A stretch of DNA of 60,433 nt, taken from the NCBI GenBank assembly GCA_947623685.1, contig CANQHF010000005.1, positions 1 through 60,433 on the forward strand, in the 5' to 3' direction. The number at the start of each line of letters is the position of its first letter. Within the stretch, counting starts at the first letter, position 1. The notes under the pieces were generated by a model. The model made no database searches and was not told where the DNA came from. It was given only the letters and a program-made list of their open reading frames with translations. Positions 48,833 through 58,673 of the stretch are shown in pieces. The position numbers and the translations under genes were made by a program. This DNA is from an uncultured Bacilli bacterium. GTDB lineage: Bacteria; Bacillota_I; Bacilli_A; RF39; UBA660.

Positions 48833-49504
48833 TTACGAATCAGTTGTACTATATGTTAAAGTTAAATCTCCAAAAGATACATCAAAATCTCCATCTGCAA
48901 CAGGAACATTGTTTGCATTATATCCGTATCCTATCCATACACGAATCTTTTCTGATGCTCCTTTTGCTAACGGATGGTCATTAACAGATTTCGTCGCTGA
49001 TACACCATATAAAGGATTAGTCTTTGTATTATCATTACCAAAAGTGATGGTCAAAAAAATCAATTTGCATGCTGCATCAACTAATTCTTTTGACGTACCT
49101 GATTTAGCAGTACATTTTTTAGTTCCAAAATTAATACTTTTTAAATATGCAACATAATTTCCTTCATTTCTTACCCATAAAGTATAATCAGCATAAGTAT
49201 AAGGTTTTTTAAACGTTACGTTTAATCCGGTTAAACTTGGTGATGAAGGATTAGAATTATCAATCTTTGCAGCAGTAGCAGATACATCAGTATTATAAGT
49301 TCTTGCAGTTATATTATTAGTAGCTAAAATGGTCTCTGAGCTTGAAAATAACACCTTAAAGTCTGATGAACTAGGCGTTACTGTCGCACCTTGTTTTATT
49401 ATTAGATTATTAGAAAATACTGAAAATCCTATTGATAAACTTACTACTACTGCAAGTAAGCATAGTATTATTATAACTTTGTTATTATTATTTCTCTTGT
49501 GCAT
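48833..49504 (-). CDS. secreted protein (223 aa) with the same N-terminal leader type as the large surface proteins
   Basis: MHKRNNNNKVIIILCLLAVVVSLSIGFSVFSNNLII leader; beta-rich S/T/N-rich mature part. Confidence 0.65.
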   Translation of the reverse strand: MHKRNNNNKVIIILCLLAVVVSLSIGFSVFSNNLIIKQGATVTPSSSDFKVLFSSSETILATNNITARTYNTDVSATAAKIDNSNPSSPSLTGLNVTFKKPYTYADYTLWVRNEGNYVAYLKSINFGTKKCTAKSGTSKELVDAACKLIFLTITFGNDNTKTNPLYGVSATKSVNDHPLAKGASEKIRVWIGYGYNANNVPVADGDFDVSFGDLTLTYSTTDS

Positions 49505-49625
49505 AATATCATCTTTCTTTCATTTACTACGTTTATAATATCCCCCCAATACCGGTAGTTTTTTAGATAGTTGTAGAAAGCAAATTGAAAAGCTGTTTAC
49601 AGATAAATTATTTTTATATTAATAA

Positions 49626-49659
49626 TAAAAATAAAAAGAAGATTATTCAAAACCTTCTT
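49626..49659 (-). terminator. rho-independent terminator of the rpsP-KH operon
   Basis: Minus strand AAGAAG-gttttgaataat-CTTCTT followed by TTTTATTTTT. Confidence 0.6.
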
Positions 49660-49906
49660 AATATGAATCTATGTTAATATTTACTCTCTTATTTTCGTTT
49701 ACATAAGAACTTGCTTGAACAATCGTCCTAAGTGATTTAGCTAATTTACCTTGCTTTCCGATTACTCTTCCCATTTGATCTTCTGGTACCATAACTTGAA
49801 TAGTTATTGTGTTTTCATCTTCACTAGGAAACTCTTTAACGGTTACGCTATCCTTATCCGTAACTAATTCTTTTACGATTGCTTGGGTTAACTCTACTAA
49901 TTTCAT
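49658..49906 (-). CDS. KH-domain RNA-binding protein (YlqC family)
   Basis: GRVIGKQGKLAKSLRTIV KH motif, 82 aa, directly downstream of rpsP. Confidence 0.88.
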   Translation of the reverse strand: MKLVELTQAIVKELVTDKDSVTVKEFPSEDENTITIQVMVPEDQMGRVIGKQGKLAKSLRTIVQASSYVNENKRVNINIDSY

Positions 49907-49908
49907 AA

Positions 49909-50181
49909 TTACTTACCTTGCTTTTCTTTAGCAAATTTAGCCATAATACCATTTTTAGATAAAATATTTCTAACGGTATCAGTTGGAGTTGCTCCAGTTT
50001 TTAACCATTTCATTGCTAAATTTTCGTCTATTTTTACTTCAGCTGGAGTTACTAAAGGATTATATGTTCCTATAACCTCAATAAAACGTCCATCCCTTGG
50101 ACTTCTTGAATCAGCTGCTACTATACGATAAAAAGGTTTCTTTTTAGCACCCATTCTTTTTAATCTTATTTTTACTGCCAT
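49909..50181 (-). CDS. rpsP: 30S ribosomal protein S16
   Basis: [35 protein letters not shown]; ATG at 50181 with AAGGAG SD. Confidence 0.95.
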   Translation of the reverse strand: MAVKIRLKRMGAKKKPFYRIVAADSRSPRDGRFIEVIGTYNPLVTPAEVKIDENLAMKWLKTGATPTDTVRNILSKNGIMAKFAKEKQGK

Positions 50182-50284
50182 TTTTTTGCTCCTTTCTTCA
50201 TCCATATATTAATCTTATCATATATGTTTTTTGCTGTCAACTATTTTTGTTGACAGCATTTTTTATTTTATTTAAAAAGGATTC

Positions 50285-50803
50285 TTATATAAAATCCTCT
50301 TTAACTTCTTCATCAATTTTCTTTTCTACTTCTTCTTCATCATCATCAATGGTTTCCCATGGTTCTTCATCTTCTTCTATTGCTATTTTAACTTTGGTAT
50401 CATTTACGACTTCTATTCCTAATTCTTTTTCTATATCAAATTCTATTACATCATTTTTAGTTGTAACGTTACTACAAGTTGGTTGTTTTAATGCTCTTAC
50501 GATAATATCACTGCCATCTAAATTAGTACCAAGTTTTGTTTTAACATTAACCGTTTCTGAATATTCAATATTTTTAGTTGCTACCGCGGTTTTTTGATCA
50601 TCATCATATGAATACCATATATTTATATCAAAATTACCATCTATAACAACTTTATCGCCAACAACGGATCCTTTAAACTTATGATTTATAACCCAACAAC
50701 CAAGAATGGTATTTGCATTATGCTCGGCAAGAAGATTATAATTATTTTTAAAATATTTTTTCCCCTTACCAATTACTGCTTTAGTAACTATTTCTTTAAA
50801 CAT
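50285..50803 (-). CDS. cotE: outer spore coat morphogenetic protein CotE-like
   Basis: FKEIVTKAVIGKGKKY, ILGCWVINHKF, DINIWYSYDDD and the acidic C-terminal tail match my recollection of B. subtilis CotE. Confidence 0.72.
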   Translation of the reverse strand: MFKEIVTKAVIGKGKKYFKNNYNLLAEHNANTILGCWVINHKFKGSVVGDKVVIDGNFDINIWYSYDDDQKTAVATKNIEYSETVNVKTKLGTNLDGSDIIVRALKQPTCSNVTTKNDVIEFDIEKELGIEVVNDTKVKIAIEEDEEPWETIDDDEEEVEKKIDEEVKEDFI

Positions 50804-50868
50804 TAGAATCTCCTCCTCGTTTTAATCTATGCTAATAAATTAAAAAAAGTGCCTAAAAATAGCACTTT

Positions 50869-51273
50869 TTATTTAGATTCTAATTTTTCTAAAACTTTTT
50901 CAGTTACTTCAATTGCTTTTTGCCTTAATGATTCAGCTGCTTTAGTTGCAACCGGAGTTGCTTTTTTCTTAGTATATTCAACTAATTCTTCTGCTTGTTT
51001 TTTTAATTCATTGGCTTTTTTCTTAGCAATTTTTAAAACTTTTTCTTTATCTAAGTCTTTTATTTCATCAACTATCGTAGCAACTTTACTTTCTATTTCT
51101 TCTCTTACTTCTTTTACGTCTATTTCTTTTGCCTTTTCTAATAGTTCATTAGCTTTTTTCTTTAATGCCGTCCTTGTTTCCTTACCAGACTTTGGTGCAA
51201 ATAAAACACCTAAACCAGCTCCTACCAAAGCTCCTAAAACAAACTTTCCAGCTTTATTCTTCTTCTTCATCAT
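50869..51273 (-). CDS. YtxH-domain protein
   Basis: GALVGAGLGVLFAPKSGKETR motif followed by a K/E-rich helix. Confidence 0.75.
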   Translation of the reverse strand: MMKKKNKAGKFVLGALVGAGLGVLFAPKSGKETRTALKKKANELLEKAKEIDVKEVREEIESKVATIVDEIKDLDKEKVLKIAKKKANELKKQAEELVEYTKKKATPVATKAAESLRQKAIEVTEKVLEKLESK

Positions 51274-51577
51274 TTTCGTCCTCCTCTACGCTTTTTTCTT
51301 CTATTTTTTTCTTTTTCTTTTTAAATAACCCCTTAATAAAAAGGATAATTGAATCAGAAATAACTTCTGTTAGTGCAGATATCTTATCCGTTACGGTATC
51401 AACAATGCTAAAGACTCCGTTTAAAGATCTAACCTTCTCATCTACGTCATCAACAATTTTTTCAACCCTATTCATGGTTTTAATAACCTTAACAGATATT
51501 ACGATTAATAAAACTATTAAGATACATAATAATATATATATTAAAATCGGTAAATATGAATCTAAAAATGCTTCCAT
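51254..51577 (-). CDS. DUF948-like membrane-anchored coiled-coil protein
   Basis: N-terminal TM then a VEKIVDDVDEKV...-type helix; usual neighbour of YtxH genes. Confidence 0.55.
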   Translation of the reverse strand: MEAFLDSYLPILIYILLCILIVLLIVISVKVIKTMNRVEKIVDDVDEKVRSLNGVFSIVDTVTDKISALTEVISDSIILFIKGLFKKKKKKIEEKSVEEDENDEEEE

Positions 51578-52443
51578 TAATCTTCTTCCTCCTTATTTTG
51601 ATACATCGTATCAATTAAGTTAAATAAATCTTGTTCTTTTGTGTCTTCATCATCATCTTCATCGTTTGATTTATCTTCTTCAATTTTTTTAATGCCATCT
51701 TTTTCATCTACGTCTATTTCTTTAAAATTAACGTTTGGCAATATCATATCATCATCTTCATCGTCATCATCTGGCATTTTAGATACCTTAACTTCTTTTA
51801 TTTCCTTTACCTCTTCATTTTTCTTTTGCCTTGAAAGTTCTTTTTCTTCTTCATATTCTTTTTCGGCTTCTTCAATTGTTTTTTTACTTAATTCTTTAGT
51901 ATCCGTCTTATCATCTATTTGACCATATACTTTTTTTCTTATTTCATCTAAAGTATCATTATAGTTTGATTTTTTTTCTAAAATAGTTTCTTCCTTAATG
52001 CTGTTTCCTTCACTATCTAATAGTCCATATACCGGTGATATAATTGGGCTTGGTTTAAACTTTTTCGTCTCTTCTTTTCTTTTGCTTCCTTGATATAAAT
52101 TCTTAGATGATAAGTTACTTACCGTGTCTACAATAAGTGATTCTGGTTTTTTATTTACAACGGCAAAATCATCATCATCAAACTCTGGAAAATTAAATTG
52201 CTTTTCATTTTTCTCCAAGCGGGAATTAATGGTTACTTGATTTTCTTTTTCTTCTTTATCATCATCAAATGATAATTCTTCAATGCTCTCTTTTTCTTCT
52301 TGTTTGTAAGTATCATCAATTTTTATTTCCTTGGTTTCTTCAAAATTTTTATTTTTTTTAGATGATTTTTTAGTCTCTTTTGTATCATCTTCTTCATCAA
52401 ATAAAAAGTTTTTCATTTTATTTAACTTATTCATAAGTCCCAT
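51577..52443 (-). CDS. highly acidic low-complexity (D/E/K-rich) protein, function unknown
   Basis: 288-aa ORF in an operon-like arrangement; N-terminal MGLMNKLNKMKNFLF amphipathic segment. Confidence 0.5.
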   Translation of the reverse strand: MGLMNKLNKMKNFLFDEEDDTKETKKSSKKNKNFEETKEIKIDDTYKQEEKESIEELSFDDDKEEKENQVTINSRLEKNEKQFNFPEFDDDDFAVVNKKPESLIVDTVSNLSSKNLYQGSKRKEETKKFKPSPIISPVYGLLDSEGNSIKEETILEKKSNYNDTLDEIRKKVYGQIDDKTDTKELSKKTIEEAEKEYEEEKELSRQKKNEEVKEIKEVKVSKMPDDDDEDDDMILPNVNFKEIDVDEKDGIKKIEEDKSNDEDDDEDTKEQDLFNLIDTMYQNKEEED

Positions 52444-52461
52444 ACTAATTCACACCTTTCT

Positions 52462-53148
52462 TTATTTATCCTTCGTGGTTGATGTTGTATCTTTTACCTT
52501 TATTTCTTCTTCTTGAGCAACCGGAGTTTGATCATCACCATCATATTTATCATATTCTTTTACGTACTCTAAAAAGTTTCCGTTTTTTTCTTTATTATCA
52601 AATAATTTATAAACTTCTTCTTTCGAACCAAAAGCACCCTGCTCTTGCATCTTTTTTAACAAAGAATCATTAAAGTTAACACTTGATAAAATATAACTTA
52701 TATCTTCTAGCGCTAATTTAAGATCTTTCTTTTTTACATACGTCTCTATTTTAGCATAATTATACACCATTTGAACATATAATTTATCATTCTTTGTTTC
52801 AATATTTACATAGCCTTTTTTGTTATTATAATTTAGTTTTTCAAAATAATAAGCGTTTTTAGATTTTTTATAATCATAATCAACCTTATAATAATAACTT
52901 ACCACGTCAACGTATAAATAATAAGTAATGTCATTTCTTTTTAAAACATCATTATAATCTTTAGCTTCCGTTCTAACTACTCCCTTTGGGGCATAATACT
53001 TATAACCTTTACCCACCTTATTATAAAGGCTTATATCAAAGGATAAAATATCATCAATTATTTCTTTGTTAGTTTTAGAATCCATATTAGTTATCGTACA
53101 CCCTGCTAACAAAACAAGGGTAAGAAGTAGTAATAAGCATTTTTTCAA
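52462..53148 (-). CDS. lipoprotein, function unknown
   Basis: Signal peptide with lipobox LLAGC. Confidence 0.7.
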   Translation of the reverse strand: MKKCLLLLLTLVLLAGCTITNMDSKTNKEIIDDILSFDISLYNKVGKGYKYYAPKGVVRTEAKDYNDVLKRNDITYYLYVDVVSYYYKVDYDYKKSKNAYYFEKLNYNNKKGYVNIETKNDKLYVQMVYNYAKIETYVKKKDLKLALEDISYILSSVNFNDSLLKKMQEQGAFGSKEEVYKLFDNKEKNGNFLEYVKEYDKYDGDDQTPVAQEEEIKVKDTTSTTKDK

Positions 53149-53204
53149 TTATTCTCACCTACTTTAAAATAATTATAACAAATATTTAGAAAAAATAAAA
53201 CCTT

Positions 53205-53849
53205 TTAATTATTTTTATAAGCTTCTAATCTGCAAATTTTAACATTTTTATCATGAAACTTACGTTCATACTCACTAGCAACGTTACCTTCTATCATGTT
53301 GTTATATAAATCCAAAGTAACGTTTTTTAAAGTATAACCATAAGTGCTTAATGACTCAATTGAATAAGCAAACAAGTTAATATTATCCGTTTTTTGTATG
53401 ATCTTTTTTTCATTTTTAAATAAATTATCATATTTTTTTAAGAAAAAACTTGAAGTAAGTCTTCTTTTTTCATGTCTTTTTTTAGGCCACGGATCAGAAA
53501 AATTAAGGTATATTTTATCAATTTCCTTATTAAATATCTTATCTATTTTATTAGCATCTATTTTAATTAATTTTAGGTTATCTAATTTTTCTTCTTCTAA
53601 TTTTTGAACGGCCCTTACGATAACGCTATCATACATTTCAATTCCAACATAATTAACGTCTTTATTTTGTTTTGCCATTTGAATTATAAAATCTCCCTTG
53701 CCCATTCCTATTTCAACTTCAATTTTATTTTTATTATTAAAAACACTATTCCATTTACCATAATAATCAAAGGGATTAAAGATGATATAATTCGTTCTAG
53801 TTATTATCTCATCTTTATTTTTTACGTTTTTTAATCTCAAAATAATCAC
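53205..53849 (-). CDS. trmB: tRNA (guanine-N7)-methyltransferase
   Basis: EIGMGKGDF, FSDPWPKKRHEKRRL motifs. Confidence 0.9.
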   Translation of the reverse strand: MIILRLKNVKNKDEIITRTNYIIFNPFDYYGKWNSVFNNKNKIEVEIGMGKGDFIIQMAKQNKDVNYVGIEMYDSVIVRAVQKLEEEKLDNLKLIKIDANKIDKIFNKEIDKIYLNFSDPWPKKRHEKRRLTSSFFLKKYDNLFKNEKKIIQKTDNINLFAYSIESLSTYGYTLKNVTLDLYNNMIEGNVASEYERKFHDKNVKICRLEAYKNN

Positions 53850-53922
53850 CAGTATAATTATACACCAAAAGGCAAAATAATCATATAATTAAATGAAAGC
53901 TTTTATTAGGAGGATTAAAAAA

Positions 53923-54231
53923 ATGAAAAACCAAAGAAATAACTTTATGCCACAAAACATGCCATTTCCAATGGGTGCAAACGTACCTTTTAATATGATG
54001 ATGTTTCCTAACTACATGAATGATAATTATAATAATTTAGACAACCGTTTAAGTTCACTAGAAAAAAAGGTAAATGTTTTAGAAAACAGAATATCAAGAA
54101 TAGAAAACCCATATCAAAGTACTAATACCCAAAGTTATCAAAACACGGTTACCAATACCCAAACACAAACAAGTCCATATCAAACAACTCAAAACAACAC
54201 CGGTTATAATGGTGAAATGTACATGATGTAA
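53923..54231 (+). CDS. small Q/N/T-rich protein, function unknown
   Basis: ATG at 53923 with AGGAGG SD; central LSSLEKKVNVLENRISRIE coiled segment. Confidence 0.45.
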   Translation: MKNQRNNFMPQNMPFPMGANVPFNMMMFPNYMNDNYNNLDNRLSSLEKKVNVLENRISRIENPYQSTNTQSYQNTVTNTQTQTSPYQTTQNNTGYNGEMYMM

Positions 54232-54313
54232 AAAATCTACTAAAAAAGTAGATTTTTTTATTTACTTTTAAAATAAAAAATGATAGTATATTAAGACATA
54301 AGAGGTGATTAAC

Positions 54314-54703
54314 ATGACTTATGAAGAAAGAAAAAACAATTATGAAAGACAAAATTCTAAATACGAATCAAAAACATTACAAGAAGCACTAAAAAAAGAT
54401 TTAGATTGCTATCCTTTAAAAGATAGCTACGCAAGAGATGTTTTCTTAAGAATGCTATTAATTGATGCAATCGAGGGAAATTACCGTGGTGAAACTTACA
54501 CTCATAAATATGTTGAAAAGAAAAAAGTTGTTAAAGATGAAATATTAAAATTAATTGATGGTAACGTAAATGAAAACGATGATAATTATACCATTGCAAA
54601 CAAAACTTCTAATAAATTTTTGATATTATATCTAGAAAACGAAAAAGAAACCGAATCTTCATATAGTGATAATGCAATAGAAAATACTGTTAAAAAAATA
54701 TAA
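54314..54703 (+). CDS. hypothetical protein sharing a domain with the N-terminus of 54730..55557
   Basis: ATG at 54314 with AGAGGTGA SD; VFLRMLLIDAIEGNYRGETYTHKYVEKKKVVKDEI resembles FYVRWLLGEAYMHKDGDCKTHLYIKTKTPDYVRNEI. Confidence 0.5.
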   Translation: MTYEERKNNYERQNSKYESKTLQEALKKDLDCYPLKDSYARDVFLRMLLIDAIEGNYRGETYTHKYVEKKKVVKDEILKLIDGNVNENDDNYTIANKTSNKFLILYLENEKETESSYSDNAIENTVKKI

Positions 54704-54729
54704 AAAAGTTCTAAAAATTAGAACTTTTT

Positions 54730-55557
54730 TTAAATATGATAATTATCACTTTCTTGTTTATTAAATAAGTTTTTATAACTATTTAATAAATCTTTGCTTA
54801 TAAAACGCTCTAAAGAATCAAATTGACAAGATGAAAGTTCCCCTTTTAAATACGCTTTTAAATTATTATTAACATTTAAATTATCTATTTCTTTTTCTAT
54901 TTTTATCCTTAGATCATCCATCGTTAAATTAGTATTATCTGATGTTTGCATCTTTTCTTTAATAAAATCATCAGCTACTTTTTTCGCATAATTTTCTATT
55001 AATTCATCTTTATTTTTAGCAAATCCTATCCTACTAATTATCTCGGATTCTATTTGATTTTGGCTTTTACTACTTACATAATTTCTAGTGCCATTTTTAG
55101 CGCTAAAAACTTTGATATTATTTTTATTAAAATAATTATCAAGAATTAATTTAGCTAATTCATATTCATCTGAATAATCATAACCATTCTTATTAAGGTA
55201 ATACTCAATTGTTTTATTCATTACATCATCAAATGATGTAACCATATTCCCATAAGATGTAATCATATTCCGATAAGATGATACAAAAGCATTAGCAATT
55301 TTTGTTAATAATTCATCAATATTAAGAATTAAACCGCCCTTATATATATTTTTACTTTCACTTGCGTAATTTCGTATTTCATTTCTTACATAATCAGGTG
55401 TTTTTGTTTTTATATAAAGATGAGTTTTACAATCGCCATCCTTATGCATATAAGCTTCACCTAAAAGCCATCTTACGTAAAATTTTTGTTCGTCTTCGTT
55501 TTTTAACTCAAAGTTATCTAAATCCATTTTTATTGCACCAAATAAATCATTAGGCAT
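54730..55557 (-). CDS. hypothetical protein (275 aa)
   Basis: Long ORF; contains a 21-bp tandem duplication (SYRNMIT/SYGNMVT). Confidence 0.5.
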   Translation of the reverse strand: MPNDLFGAIKMDLDNFELKNEDEQKFYVRWLLGEAYMHKDGDCKTHLYIKTKTPDYVRNEIRNYASESKNIYKGGLILNIDELLTKIANAFVSSYRNMITSYGNMVTSFDDVMNKTIEYYLNKNGYDYSDEYELAKLILDNYFNKNNIKVFSAKNGTRNYVSSKSQNQIESEIISRIGFAKNKDELIENYAKKVADDFIKEKMQTSDNTNLTMDDLRIKIEKEIDNLNVNNNLKAYLKGELSSCQFDSLERFISKDLLNSYKNLFNKQESDNYHI

Positions 55558-55647
55558 AATATCACTTCCCTATATAAATATTATCATAATTTATAAATAA
55601 CTAAAAACATATATCACAAATACGTAAATAAAAAAGTAAAGAGTCTT

Positions 55648-57273
55648 TTACTTTACTTTCTTAAAAATCTTAAATATTTTATTTCCAAATATTTCACTAA
55701 ATATACCATTTTTAATCGTTAATCCAAAATAAATTAGTGCACCAATAACACCATAAATAACAATTGATATTAATGAATTAAATCTATTAATTGCGTTAAT
55801 TATTACAAATTTCTTTAAAATAAATAAGATAATAAACATTATTACAAGTGGATAAATAAACTTAAACATACTCTTAAAATACTTTTTAAAGTCTAATTTA
55901 ACGGTCTTATTTATTACCACCAAATTAGTTATAACAGAAACGCAAAGTCCTAAAATAGTAGCCAAAGTAGATCCATAAAAAGGATATAAACCAATATAAT
56001 CAAATAAATACATTAAAGGAATTTGTAAGATTAGTTTAACTATAATTCCTAAAACAATACTTAAAAACACGTTTTTAAACTTATTTAAAGATTGTGCAAT
56101 TGAAATAGACGTTGTAAATAAACACCTAAATAAAGCGATGAAAATCGTAAAGCAAAATACCTTTGGTCCCCATTTACTTACCCCATAAAACAAAGTAAAC
56201 ACTGGTTTTGACAATAGGGAAAGCCCAATTGCCATTGGAAGGGTAACATAAAGAAGTAGTAAAAATGCTTGGTTAACTTTTTTTCTTACATCTTGATAGT
56301 CTTTTTTAACAAAACTTGATGTTATATTTGGAACAAGACTAGTCATTAAACCAGTTGAAATAGCTAAAACAACGCTGTTTAACTTATTACCAGTAGTGTT
56401 TATTACACCTATTATGCTTTCCGCATCAACCGTTTTAAAACCTAATTTAGTTAACACGTTAATGATTGTTGTCATATCAATGTAATCGTAAATTGATAAA
56501 GCAAGTCCAAAAGAAATAAAAGGAACTGAATAAATTAATAATTTTTTTATTATCTTTTTATTGGTTATCTTTTTTTCTTCTTCTTTTAAAACGGATGTTT
56601 TTATTATGGCTTTTTTATTTTTCTTTATTTTAATAAGTAAATAAATTAAAGCAACTAAAGCACCGATGGTTGCCCCAAAAACAGCAACTCCTATCGCGTT
56701 TGTAACTCCAGTTTTAAAGACTCTCATACATAAATAACTACCTATTAAAATAACCGCTATCCTAACAATTTGCTCTAGAACCTGGCTAATAGATGATGGA
56801 AGCATAAACTTATGTCCTTGTAAATAGCCCTTGGTAACACTTAAGTAAGGCACTACCAAAATAGCCGTTGAAATAATCCTAATTACAAAGGTAATGCTTT
56901 CTTTAGAATTGCCACCAGTATTATTACCCATTATTTGATTTGCAATAAAAGGCGCTAGGGAAAACATAATTATAAACAAAATAATTCCTAAAATAATTAA
57001 TAATATCTTACCTAATTTATAAGCTCTTTCTTTGGTATTATAATACTCTAAAGTATTATACTCACTAATTAACTTACTCATTGCCGGTGGTATGCCAACC
57101 GTTGATAAAGATAAAAATAAATTATAAATGGTATAAGCATACCCATATAAAGCTATGTTAGACTCTCCTATTATCTCATAAAAAGGTATTACGTATACTA
57201 TTCCTAAAAACTTAGTTACAACAATTCCAATCGTTGCGATTAAAGCCCCATTAATAAAACTATTCTTCTTCAT
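55648..57273 (-). CDS. MOP-superfamily flippase (SpoVB/MurJ-like polysaccharide biosynthesis protein)
   Basis: 541 aa, about 14 TM segments, N-terminal FINGALIATIGIVVTKFLGIVYVIPF typical of this family. Confidence 0.72.
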   Translation of the reverse strand: MKKNSFINGALIATIGIVVTKFLGIVYVIPFYEIIGESNIALYGYAYTIYNLFLSLSTVGIPPAMSKLISEYNTLEYYNTKERAYKLGKILLIILGIILFIIMFSLAPFIANQIMGNNTGGNSKESITFVIRIISTAILVVPYLSVTKGYLQGHKFMLPSSISQVLEQIVRIAVILIGSYLCMRVFKTGVTNAIGVAVFGATIGALVALIYLLIKIKKNKKAIIKTSVLKEEEKKITNKKIIKKLLIYSVPFISFGLALSIYDYIDMTTIINVLTKLGFKTVDAESIIGVINTTGNKLNSVVLAISTGLMTSLVPNITSSFVKKDYQDVRKKVNQAFLLLLYVTLPMAIGLSLLSKPVFTLFYGVSKWGPKVFCFTIFIALFRCLFTTSISIAQSLNKFKNVFLSIVLGIIVKLILQIPLMYLFDYIGLYPFYGSTLATILGLCVSVITNLVVINKTVKLDFKKYFKSMFKFIYPLVIMFIILFILKKFVIINAINRFNSLISIVIYGVIGALIYFGLTIKNGIFSEIFGNKIFKIFKKVK

Positions 57274-57278
57274 TTACC

Positions 57279-57452
57279 TCATCCTTTATCTATGTATATT
57301 ATCATTGCTGAAAAACAATATAACTGTTCTTCACCACAAGTTGCAATTGATACTTGATACTTAATGTCCATAACTTCTTTATTTAAAATAAACTCGTTAA
57401 CACATTCTTCTAAATCTTTTTCATGATCACAATCAAATACCTTTACTTTCAT
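57279..57452 (-). CDS. Cse60 (YteV)-like small sporulation protein
   Basis: MKVKVFDCDHEKDLEECVNEFI...DIKYQVS pattern, about 57 aa; ATG at 57452. Confidence 0.5.
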   Translation of the reverse strand: MKVKVFDCDHEKDLEECVNEFILNKEVMDIKYQVSIATCGEEQLYCFSAMIIYIDKG

Positions 57453-57625
57453 ATTATCACCCAAAACAATAATACAAAAATAAAATTAATTAAATTGTCT
57501 TCTTATAGTATTATATCAAAAAAAATAGATTTTTCTAAATTTTTAGCTCCTAAATATTTTATTTTCTAAACTATTAATTCCAACTTCGAATGTTAATACT
57601 TTTGTCATTTATATCCCCTTCATAA

Positions 57626-58453
57626 TTATTTAGATTCTATTTTTTGTAATTCTTCTTTTTCAAGTTCCTTTATAGATTTTTTAGGTGTAGGTAAAGTTTC
57701 AGGCATATTACCACCAAGTTCTTCAATTGCTTTTCTTACCGTTTTTCCTACGTTGTAATGAGTTATACAAGCATCATTCTCATTATCTATATTATCCTTT
57801 TTTAATTTAGCTTCTGTTTGAGTAATACGGAATAAATTTGCACCTAATTCTTCACTACCCATATAATCAAGAATGTCTTCGTTTTCTTTTATATTTTTAC
57901 GTTTTGCTATTTGTTTTGCTGTCTCACCATTATAAAGCCCTTTGTATCCATAATTATTAAATTTGCCAAAATTTTCTACTCTCGCTTCTTTTGCAGTTTT
58001 AAATAAATATTTATTTTTATTATTAACTAAAATTCTAGTGTATAATCTTTTTTCATCTTCTGATAAATTACTATATTCCAATTCAGTAATTTCTTGTTTT
58101 CTTGTTTGAATAGCAAAATAGGTTTGTCCTAACGCTACTGATTTCTTTTTAGGATTTGCATTTTGAACTATCAAATAACATGCATACCTTGATAACTTGT
58201 AATCAATTACTGTCTTTGACGCACCTTTAGGCATTGCTATCGTTTTCCTGAGTTCAGGAAAATGATCATTAATATTATTATTGCTAGTTTCACAAGCAAT
58301 CATTGCACGTTTAATTACTTTATGAAAATTCTCCCATTTACTATACTCTAGTAAAGGCATTAATTCTCTTGCTTCCCAATATTCATTTTCAAATTCATCA
58401 ATGTGTTTAATATCATTAAAAGTCTTTTCGGTATATTTTTCTATATTTTTCAT
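57626..58453 (-). CDS. dinD: DNA-damage-inducible protein D (DinD)-like
   Basis: FNDIKHIDEFENEYWEARELMPLLEYSKWENFHKVIKRAMIACETS matches the DinD family N-terminus as I recall it. Confidence 0.7.
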   Translation of the reverse strand: MKNIEKYTEKTFNDIKHIDEFENEYWEARELMPLLEYSKWENFHKVIKRAMIACETSNNNINDHFPELRKTIAMPKGASKTVIDYKLSRYACYLIVQNANPKKKSVALGQTYFAIQTRKQEITELEYSNLSEDEKRLYTRILVNNKNKYLFKTAKEARVENFGKFNNYGYKGLYNGETAKQIAKRKNIKENEDILDYMGSEELGANLFRITQTEAKLKKDNIDNENDACITHYNVGKTVRKAIEELGGNMPETLPTPKKSIKELEKEELQKIESK

Positions 58454-58673
58454 CCATTGGCTCCCTTGTTATATATTATATCAAACATTTGTTCATATTT
58501 CAACATTATTTATTAATAAAGTAATAAAAATAAAGAAAAGAACAAGAAAGACGATTGAAACCATTCTTTTTTTGAACCTGTTAATAATATACAATTTTTT
58601 CTATTTAAGTCAATTATTTTTTGCCATTTAATCACCGACTTTAAATGTTAATATTTTCGTTACTATAACACAA

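Noticed and set aside
50247-51922. Several Ser/Phe-rich plus-strand ORFs (50247..50597, 50849..51328, 51165..51623, 51641..51922)
   Set aside because: They are antisense to well-supported minus-strand genes (cotE, ytxH, DUF948, the acidic protein). Reading GAA/GAT/AAA-rich codons backwards produces them as artefacts.
51577-52443. Calling the acidic 288-aa protein SepF
   Set aside because: Only the N-terminal amphipathic MGLMNKLNKMKNFLF resembles SepF. I could not find a SepF core domain in the remainder.
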